Shown here: positions 51,584 through 58,979 of the stretch, piece after piece | How the letters are laid out: every line of letters starts with the position of its first letter | Position numbering within the stretch: the first letter of the stretch is position 1 | From: an uncultured Planctomycetaceae bacterium | Lineage (GTDB): Bacteria; Planctomycetota; Planctomycetia; Isosphaerales; Isosphaeraceae | Length of the DNA: 64,000 bases | Assembly (NCBI GenBank): GCA_963833985.1 | Contig: CAWIAD010000002.1 | Span: 2,944,001-3,008,000 of the forward strand | Reading direction: 5' to 3' | The notes under the pieces: generated by a model | Told to the model about the DNA's origin: nothing | Databases searched by the model: none | Seen by the model: the letters and a program-made list of their open reading frames with translations, nothing else | Translations under genes and position numbers: made by a program

Positions 51584-52966
51584 TCAAGCACCGGCGGCCA
51601 GGTCCGGCCGTAGCACCACCCGTTCCCCTTCCTTCAGTCCCGCTGTGACCTCGAGCCACTCCCTGGTCGCGTGCCGCGTGACGACGGCGCGCCGTTCGGG
51701 ACCCCGGGGCCCGATCACGAAGCAGTATTGCTGGTGGCTGAGAACCGTCATGGCGGAAACCGGTATCACCAGCGCCCCGGTCATCGTTCCGGTATCGATC
51801 TGCACGACGGCCGACATCAGCGGCAAGAGTCGCGGAGGGGTTTTGTCCAGGCGTACGTGCACGATGAAGTGCCGTATGCGCTCATCCCATTCCTTGTCGT
51901 TGGTCGAGGAGAGCAACGTGACGGAACTGACCGTTCCGGGGAGTTTACGACCGCCCAGGGAGGCCACCTCGACTGCGGCCTTCATGCCCACCTTGACCCG
52001 CGGCCCCATCGTTTCGTTGACCGAGGCCTCGACCTCCATGCTCGAAAGGTCGGGCAGCGTGAACAGCTCCTGCTTCTCGTAAACGCGCAGGCCAGGCTGG
52101 AGCGGGGTTCGTCTCCAGAACCCTTTCAGGGAGTAAACGGCGATGCCTTTCTGAGGCGCTCGAATCACGCAGCGATCGACCTGCTTCCGGATGTATGCCA
52201 GTTCCTCTTCCTCGGAGCGAACCCGGGCCGATTCCAGCAGGTCATTGTGCCGGGCCATCGCGATCTCGCCCTCCAGACCAACCATCTCCTTATGAATCTG
52301 GAACTTACGGAACAGATTGAACTCCCCCTCGGTCTTTCGCAGCTCATGCTCGGCCTGGGCCAGCGTCTGCCGCTCGGCAACGAGCTGCGCCTGCGAGGCA
52401 TAACCCTTGGCGAACATCCCCTCGGTCCACGCGAGGTGATCGCGCATCTTTTGCGTGTCCGCTCGACCCAGGGCAACCTTGCCCTCGAACTCCTTGGTGC
52501 GCTGCTCGACCAGACCATCGCGGTATTCGCGCAGGGCGATTTCCGCCGTTTCCAGCCGCAGCCGTGCCTGGACCGAGGCGGAACGTGCCTCGCCGAGGCG
52601 GATCTCCTGCTTGCGGGCTAGCTCGTCCAGTTCCGATGAATCCAGGCGGCAGAGCTCGTCTCCCTTGTTCACAGGCGTGCCGTTCTCTACCACGCTGATG
52701 ACCGTTGTTCCCTCGGACACGGTGATGTCCTCGACCTCGCATTCAATCGCCGTTTCCTTGGTCGCCTGGAGATCGCCGCCGGCCAGGATCGACGTCTCCA
52801 GATCCATCCGGCGGACCTCGACCCATGGAAGCTCTGTTTCGGGCCCCCGGCTGGCGGGCACATTCCGGTCGGCGGCCAGCAGCCAGGCTCCGCCGATGCA
52901 CGCCGGGGCTGCCAGCACGCAGAGACACAGCCAGCACCAGGACACCCTCGAAAGTCGACCTGCCAT
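51584..52966 (-). CDS. Efflux/secretion periplasmic adaptor (HlyD/MFP family)
   Basis: N-terminal TM, lipoyl half-motifs VENGTPVNKGDELCRLD and IRAPQKG, coiled coil, GLKEGERVVL. Confidence 0.88.
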   Translation of the reverse strand: MAGRLSRVSWCWLCLCVLAAPACIGGAWLLAADRNVPASRGPETELPWVEVRRMDLETSILAGGDLQATKETAIECEVEDITVSEGTTVISVVENGTPVNKGDELCRLDSSELDELARKQEIRLGEARSASVQARLRLETAEIALREYRDGLVEQRTKEFEGKVALGRADTQKMRDHLAWTEGMFAKGYASQAQLVAERQTLAQAEHELRKTEGEFNLFRKFQIHKEMVGLEGEIAMARHNDLLESARVRSEEEELAYIRKQVDRCVIRAPQKGIAVYSLKGFWRRTPLQPGLRVYEKQELFTLPDLSSMEVEASVNETMGPRVKVGMKAAVEVASLGGRKLPGTVSSVTLLSSTNDKEWDERIRHFIVHVRLDKTPPRLLPLMSAVVQIDTGTMTGALVIPVSAMTVLSHQQYCFVIGPRGPERRAVVTRHATREWLEVTAGLKEGERVVLRPDLAAGA

Positions 52967-53660
52967 CCCGGCGCTCCCCTTGTGACGACCCCGCTCAAGC
53001 CCCGGCCCCCCACCGGGCGCCGCGGAACTACTACCTGGCAGGATGACCGAGCGAACCCTCCGCCATGTCAACGACAATTGTAAGATGAAATTCTTTGCAA
53101 AGCAATGGGGACCTCGAGCGCGGATGGCATTTCGTCTGGACGGCGATCGTAGCCCGACATCCAGTTGAGACGCACGACGATGGTTAGCGGTGCTGTTGTC
53201 GCGATCGAAACTCTTCACGAGAAGGTATCAGTCGGGCGGATCGATCCGGCGACACTGATAACACCCGCCCCGTTACTCAGGGCTGTAGCACACTTTGGGG
53301 AATGGAACAATTCCAGGCCAGTTCAACATATCCCGGGTCCATGGCCCGGGGGTGTGGAGCAGACCGCCGGTGCCCACCTTGTCGACCTCGGACCCTGCCG
53401 GCTATGGGATGGGGTGCGAGCGAACGAACGAATTGAGGAGGTCATCGCCGCAGAGGGTAGCAAGCGAACGAACGAAGTGTAGGAACGTCGTGGCGGGGGA
53501 CTTAGTTCGTTCACTCACATCGCTCGCAGGGCTGAAGACCAGGGGAGGAGGGGCATGCCAGCGGAATGCCGGAACGGTTGAGGCCGGGGTAGTCGGGGCG
53601 GGTGGCTCTGCTTCCTGGAGCCGGTCTCCGCCATCTCCGTGATTTTCTCCCGCCGCCCTT

Positions 53661-54044
53661 TCAGATCCCATAACGCCTGACAGATCGGGTGGGCAAATCA
53701 TCGACCTCTTTCCAGTCAAGCAGCCAGGCTTTCACCAGCTCGAACGCCTGTCCCATGTTCTCGAAAGTGCCCGCTTCGCTCCATGCCCCTCGGAAAGCCC
53801 CGGCAGACCCCTTCAGGCTGCTTGGCAACACGGAGATGGCCCCCTGCATGTTGTAATGCAGCGTCCCCAGAGGTTCGTCAGCAGGACCTGTCCCAGGCAA
53901 CAAATCCTTTCGCCAAAACCACACCCATCGCCGGTCCTTGATAAAGACGTCATCCTTGCGCAGACGCTCCAGATCGACTCCTTGCTCAAGAGCAAGGGAA
54001 ATCAGCTCACGCGCCACCGCCCGGGAATTGTCGATCGGATCCAT
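53661..54044 (-). CDS. Hypothetical protein, candidate immunity protein
   Basis: Strong RBS AAGGAGGAG; lies 36 nt after the stop of the toxin-like ORF; small and aromatic-rich. Confidence 0.55.
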   Translation of the reverse strand: MDPIDNSRAVARELISLALEQGVDLERLRKDDVFIKDRRWVWFWRKDLLPGTGPADEPLGTLHYNMQGAISVLPSSLKGSAGAFRGAWSEAGTFENMGQAFELVKAWLLDWKEVDDLPTRSVRRYGI

Positions 54045-54080
54045 TTGCTCCTCCTTTCATCCCAACCACGGATCGTGCCG

Positions 54081-54581
54081 CTACTCGATCAGCAGCCATC
54101 GTGGCGTAGAGTTGTCCGCTGTAACCCCCCACATCAGATTGCCATCGGCATCAGGAATCTGGGGAAGGAAGTCTCGCAGTACCTGCGTCCTTTGGGCCAG
54201 ATCCGGTGGCATATCCGGTGGCAGCACCTGCTCTTTGACGAGGAAGCCCTGTCGGGGATCAGCGGGGGCCTGGGCCTTGACCACGTTGTCGGGCCGGATC
54301 GCCCGAGCCCTCTCCAGATTCTGGAACTCGTTCCCGGCCTGGACCGGGGAGGTGCCGCCCGGGTGGAACTCCTTGACGACCCACCCCGGCTGATCGAGGT
54401 TCTCGTAGACCACGCCCTCGGCGCCACGCCCGAGCTCTTGACCGATGCGAGGCATCCCGCCCATACCCGACGTGTTCGGCATCAGGGCTTGCCTCTCGCC
54501 CACAACGGAGCCCACGACGAAGATGAGCCGCCCCTCGGCGTTGTGGTCCCACACGGGCGTCTTCTCAAGTCCCCCAGCCAT
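54081..54581 (-). pseudogene. Orphan polymorphic-toxin C-terminal module: decayed Hint-like tail plus minimal protein-kinase-like domain
   Basis: LGRGAEGVVY glycine loop, WVVKEF lysine, EFQNL helix-C Glu, D..GN and terminal LLIE; preceded by TPVWDHNAEGRLIFVVGS..ALMPNTS. Confidence 0.55.
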
Positions 54582-54872
54582 TCGTCATGCCGACCCGCTG
54601 CAACCTCGAGGCCAACTTCGATCTTACCGCCGACGCCGGCCGACGCAATGTCCGACGAAGAGTTCTTCAAGGGCCTGGAGGACGTGGAGACGCTGAAGCG
54701 ACGGAAGGGATGACTGTCCGTCCCTCCGCCTTCTGCGGGCATGCGACACCTTGCCCCTTTCCCGAGCCTGGGCTCTACCGGGGGCTGACGGCGGTTCCGC
54801 TGGGATGACCGCCACGTCTTGAACCGGGGCGATTTCGTCAGCCTTGGCGTAACTCGTTGCCATGACCTGTCA

Positions 54873-54927
54873 CAGCGGAGAGGACGGGACGGCCATTGAA
54901 CTTTTTATCGCCGGGATTCGGGGCTGG
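54873..54927. repeat. 55-bp direct repeat copy 1, starting with tRNA-Ser 3'-end sequence (att-like)
   Basis: 50/55 identical to 56674-56728; 54874-54889 matches tRNA end 58637-58652 at 14/16. Confidence 0.8.
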
Positions 54928-54991
54928 CAAGCCGATGTGCGGCGGCATTTCCCTGGAAAACCAGAGCAAGAGTGAACCATTCGTGTTCGGG

Positions 54992-55132
54992 ATGAAACCG
55001 GCCCGCCATTACGGAGTTCTACTCGACTCCGGTAAACTCAAGAACCGAGTGGCCGTGGCCCGGCACTTGAGCGTCAGCCGGGCACGGGTCACGCAGGTGT
55101 TGCGGCGGCTGGCTAGCGTTCCTGTCGAGTAG
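54992..55132 (+). pseudogene. Short HTH remnant of the type seen in integrative elements
   Basis: LLDSGKLKNRVAVARHLSVSRARVTQVLRRL. Confidence 0.45.
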
Positions 55133-55218
55133 GAACGTCCCTAAAAAGCGTCCATCGAGGCTCCCCAGTCATATCAAAAAGGCGTTGTGTTTCGCCTCTT
55201 TTCTTGTATGATTGGGGC

Positions 55219-56034
55219 ATGAGCAGCATTCAGGAATTTGTCGATTCACAGCTTGTCCGAGGTCGGAGTTTCTTCACGAAACCAGCCCTGGCCGATCTCG
55301 CCCTATCGCCGGAGGCGCTGAAGTCCGCAATCGCCCGGCTTTCCAGGAAAGGCGGCCTTGTTTCCCCGCGCCGGGGATTCTACCTGATCCTTCGGCCTGA
55401 AGACCGTGTGCTCGGCGCTCCCGATCCTGCCCGGTGGATTGACCCATTGATGAAGTTCCTTGAAGTTGACTACCGCATCTCCCTGCTTCGCGCGGCCGCG
55501 TTTCATGGGGCTGCCCATCAGGCGGCGATGGTCTTTCAGGTCATCGCGCCGCGACAACAGCCAGACATCGAAATCGGTCGGCAACGAATCGAGTTCCTGT
55601 TCCAGTCGCCGCGAGCATTCTCCAAGGCAAATCGTCCCGAATGGCTGGCACAACTGAAAACGGACGCCGGGTTCGCCAAGGTGGCGGGTGTGGAACTGAC
55701 CCTGCTCGACATCTGCCGTTATTTCCATCAGGCCGGAGGGATCAACGGAGCCGCGCAGGCCGTTCACGATCTGGGCAAGAAAGCCGACGCCCGCATCCTC
55801 GCCAAGGCAGCCAGCGTATACGAGAATTCGGCCGTCCGGCGACTTGGCTACCTTCTGGAACGATTCGGACATTCGCGGCAGGCCAAGGCACTCCGGCCCT
55901 TGGCCGAGAAGGCCAAATCCTTCAAGGCACTCGACCCGTCGGTTAAGCCCATCGTCCCGGAACTGGCCGCAACGGACGAACGAAACGCGGATTGGAAGCT
56001 CATCATCAGTGTGCCCGTGGAGATTGACTTGTGA
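55219..56034 (+). CDS. abiEi: Type IV toxin-antitoxin AbiEi-family antitoxin/regulator
   Basis: PRRGFYLILRPE, YRISLLRAAAFHGAAHQ, ELTLLD, VRRLGYLLE; GTGA overlap with downstream toxin gene. Confidence 0.8.
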   Translation: MSSIQEFVDSQLVRGRSFFTKPALADLALSPEALKSAIARLSRKGGLVSPRRGFYLILRPEDRVLGAPDPARWIDPLMKFLEVDYRISLLRAAAFHGAAHQAAMVFQVIAPRQQPDIEIGRQRIEFLFQSPRAFSKANRPEWLAQLKTDAGFAKVAGVELTLLDICRYFHQAGGINGAAQAVHDLGKKADARILAKAASVYENSAVRRLGYLLERFGHSRQAKALRPLAEKAKSFKALDPSVKPIVPELAATDERNADWKLIISVPVEIDL

Positions 56035-56576
56035 TCCCAATGGCACATATCCAGGAATGGACGGCGCACGCTCGCTGGCCGGAATTGCGGCAGGTGGAGC
56101 AGGATTTGATGATCTGCCGGGCCATGTGCGACCTGTTCCATAGCCCGCAGTTGCAGGGCAAGATCGCCTTTCGCGGCGGCAAGGCCATCAACAAACTATT
56201 GCGAGCACTACTTCAAAGAGACAAGCACCGGGACTTATTCGACCTCAACGAAGGGCTACTCCAACTTGGCCTGGACTGTGACAAGTTGATTTCCTGTTTC
56301 CATCATTCTCTTGCCCAGGACGGCCGTCCGATCAGCCGGGCGAACGCCGAGGAGCGAATGCTCAAGAAGCTCAACAGAAGCCTCACGGAAGACATCGCGC
56401 CATTGCTGCCTACCGGGGTGAGCTTCGACGACGATGCCGCTATCGCGGCATTCGGCAGGGTCTGGGGAGAGCTGATCGCACGTATTCCGGGTGAGTCGTG
56501 GAAGTCTTCGAAGACGGTGATCGAGGCCATCCGCAATTCGAAGATTCCGTCACTGCTGGATGGCGTCATCAAGTGA
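56031..56576 (+). pseudogene. abiEii: AbiEii/AbiGii nucleotidyltransferase toxin with in-frame internal deletion
   Basis: QVEQDL, AFRGGKAINKL joined directly to LRALLQRDKHRDLFDL; the RxSEDxD block is missing; only 181 aa. Confidence 0.75.
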
Positions 56577-56673
56577 ATCCGCCTTCGCCGGGGTGCGCGA
56601 ATTGTCAGGCGGCTGGGTGATGCAGGGTGACAGCCAACGCCAACACAATACGAATGCAATTCCACTGCAATGT

Positions 56674-56728
56674 CAGCGGAGAGGGCGGGACGGCAATTGA
56701 ACTTTTTATCGCCGGCGTCCGGGGCTGG
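56674..56728. repeat. 55-bp direct repeat copy 2, starting with tRNA-Ser 3'-end sequence (att-like)
   Basis: AGCGGAGAGGGCGGGA (56675-56690) versus tRNA AGCGGAGAGGGGGGGA, 15/16. Confidence 0.8.
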
Positions 56729-56766
56729 GACGCTGGATTGCGAGCATTTCTCGACACTTCGGCGGG

Positions 56767-56862
56767 TAGGAACGACACAGCTCAGCAGCGGCGGGGGCCG
56801 AGTGAGCTACGAATCTGGGAAAGCCGACATGCCCCTCCGTCTGCTGTAGCGCCTGGTTCGGC
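56767..56862 (-). mobile_element. attC-type integron cassette recombination site (degenerate R')
   Basis: Minus strand GCCGAAC-caggcg-CT[A]CAGCAGACGG...CCGCTGCTGAG-ctgtgtc-GTTCCTA; imperfect hairpin with an extrahelical base. Confidence 0.75.
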
Positions 56863-56930
56863 CTCCGCCGCGCCGCGCTGGAGCCACGCGCGCCGCGACA
56901 CGCCCGCGCGCCCAACACCACTTCGCGGCC

Positions 56931-57435
56931 CTACCGCTTCTTCCCCCCGACTCCGGGCAGGGCCGCGACCTGTTTCATCCACTCCGCGATCTGGCGTTCG
57001 TCGAGGTCGTCCACTGATTCGAGTTCCACGCCCCGCGTAGACTTGCCCATCCCCACCGGCGTCACAGGCGGTACAGGCACGAGTGCCGCACCGTTCACGA
57101 ACATGAGTTTGACGTGGCCGGCGAATCCGCCGCAACAGAAGCACCAGCCGTCGCCGACGCCATAGTACGACATGCCCCATTTCACGGAGCGCTTTAGGCC
57201 GGGAAGCGTCTTGGCGGCTAGAGCATCGATGCATTCAGTGATGCCGCGCTGCGGCTGCGGCAGGCTGGCGATGTAGGCGAAGACCGGCTTGTCGCCGACC
57301 GCAGCCTTCGCGGGGCTTGCCTTTCCGGTCGCCATGGATTCCGGCAACGTCGTGGGGGCCGTGCCTTGTGCCGCCGCGCTTGGCCGGTTTGCGGACTGCG
57401 GGCTTGGAAGTCTTGTCAGACTTGCGGGCGGGCAT
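56931..57435 (-). CDS. DUF1801 domain protein (cassette gene); probable frameshift near 57375
   Basis: VFAYIASLP..SVKWGMSYY..GHVKLMFVNGAAL..LDERQIAEWMKQ; ATG 57435 with AGGAG RBS in a different frame from the body. Confidence 0.75.
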
Positions 57436-57464
57436 GGTGCTCTCCTGTACCTCGGATGTGTCTC

Positions 57465-57564
57465 GGCCGACGCCTTAGCTCAGCAAACGGCGGCCGCGCT
57501 GTGAGCCATGATAGCACGAGGACCCAGAATCGCGGCCGCCGTCTGCTGTAGCGAATTGTTCGGC
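57465..57564 (-). mobile_element. attC-type integron cassette recombination site
   Basis: Minus strand GCCGAAC-aattcg-CT[A]CAGCAGACGGCGGCCGCG...CGCGGCCGCCGTTTGCTGAG-ctaaggc-GTCGGCC. Confidence 0.8.
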
Positions 57565-57584
57565 GAGCCAGCGACCACCGCAAT

Positions 57585-57974
57585 TCAAAGCATCGCCGAT
57601 CCGTTTGCAGGTCTGGACGGTCTGTCGATTAACGTAAGTATCGCCAGAAGGAACGGCACCAGTGCCGCTCCTACGATCTGAAGCGTGTGCATTCCGAGTT
57701 GGGGATGCTCCTTGCGGATCTTCTCTCTTCCCTCCCGGGAATAAGATTCCAAAAAACCATTACTTCGCTCGCCTCGCCGCATCTGTCGGACCACCGTCGC
57801 GCACACCGCTGCGGCATTGGCTGCCACTCCGAGACACCCTACAGGCCACAGGAAATTGCCCTGGACGAATGTTGCTTCGCCGATGAAGAGTGCGGCCAAC
57901 GCAACGACGGTGAACTCGACCAGGACAAAGCGGAAGCCGTTGAGAGTGTTGTGCTCGTAAAGGACCTTCCGCAT
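57585..57974 (-). CDS. Small membrane protein (cassette gene)
   Basis: Three hydrophobic segments; lies between GTTCGGC (58034-58028) and the attC at 57564. Confidence 0.6.
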   Translation of the reverse strand: MRKVLYEHNTLNGFRFVLVEFTVVALAALFIGEATFVQGNFLWPVGCLGVAANAAAVCATVVRQMRRGERSNGFLESYSREGREKIRKEHPQLGMHTLQIVGAALVPFLLAILTLIDRPSRPANGSAML

Positions 57975-58148
57975 CGTCGCTCCGTTCCGCCACGGTCTCC
58001 CCCGCCCGAGCAGTTTGCATCCAAGCGGCCGAACTTGTGATTCTCTGAATCGAATGCGTTGAGAGTACCAGACGGTCTCCGCATGTCAATCTCCGCAAGG
58101 CCATTGGGATGCGTTGAATCGACCGCGAGAATTGACCCAGCAATCATC

Positions 58149-58512
58149 TCATGCTTGACGGTTGTCCAAGCCAGCGATTAGCCCAGAGATCATCCGCGAA
58201 ATCTCTTCGAGAGTTTCTTTGAACGCCAGGTGATCAGCAGAAGAAATGAAACCACGGCGAGACGCGATTTTCCAACGGAGGCACGCACTCTTGGACGGAA
58301 CCTCGTGCGATCGTGAAGAAGTTTTTCCGATCAGGTTTTGTGAATCGCCCATTGCCTTCGGCAAGGTTGGTCGCGATCGAGAGGGCGGCGCGATTGAGTT
58401 GATCGACGAGGAAGTAGTAACCGCGAGGGAAGGATTCGGTCAGGACCGAGATCCGATCGGCAAAATCAACGGCCTTCTGGTAGACCTGAAGATTCTCAAA
58501 CATGAAGGCCAT
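58149..58512 (-). CDS. Four-helix-bundle protein (23S rRNA IVS/bAvd-like); frameshift near 58280
   Basis: FENLQVYQKA..FP..LVDQLNRAALSIATNLAEGNGR..FFTIARGSVQEC; C-terminus EEISRMISGLI in a shifted frame. Confidence 0.88.
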
Positions 58513-58638
58513 GAGACAAGATCTGAAGAGGAGCAGGAGATCAGTGGAACAGTAGTCCGCAGTCGAGCACGTTGTCTCTCTACTGATCCACTGTTCTCCC
58601 GCTCGACTGCTCTCTTTTTTGCCTGGAAGGCAAAAAAG

Positions 58639-58727
58639 CGGAGAGGGGGGGATTCGAACCCCCGAGACCGGTTGCCCAGTCTAACGGTTTAGCAAACCGT
58701 CGCTATCGACCACTCAGCCACCTCTCC
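58639..58727 (-). tRNA. tRNA-Ser (anticodon GCT), CCA not encoded
   Basis: GGAGAGG/CCTCTCC acceptor stem, ACGGT-TTGCTAA-ACCGT anticodon arm, long variable arm, GGTTCGAATCC T-arm, G discriminator. Confidence 0.97.
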
Positions 58728-58979
58728 TGGGTATCTCGGCGCGTCGGCCGGATGGCAGAGTCGAGTGTATCCGAGAACAATACCAGATCCGGCGCGGGAT
58801 CGTCAATTCCGCGGCTCACCCGCAGGCCGAGCACGGCCCGTACGCCCGCACGGGAACTCCCGTGCCATCTGGACCGGTGGCGGCCTTTCAGAAACTGGTC
58901 GTCCTGCGCATTTTCCTGGATTGGTCCTGGCCCGGGTTGCACTAAGCTGGGTAGAAAACCAGAAATGCGAGGGCGGCCA

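Noticed and set aside
54587..54865. Short peptide-like pieces (MSDEEFFKGLEDVETLKRRKG; MATSYAKADEIAPVQDV) as integrase remnants
   Set aside because: Too short and no catalytic motif recognisable
53419..57564. Possible CRISPR array among the island repeats
   Set aside because: Repeats are pairs with kb-scale or irregular spacing, there is no repeat-spacer periodicity and no cas genes
58149..58512. Diversity-generating retroelement suggested by the Avd-like gene
   Set aside because: No reverse transcriptase and no TR/VR pair with adenine-specific differences seen in the window
58614..58638. Intrinsic terminator after the tRNA
   Set aside because: On both strands the T-run precedes and the A-run follows the GC stem, so it lacks the canonical 3' U-tract; kept only as a hairpin
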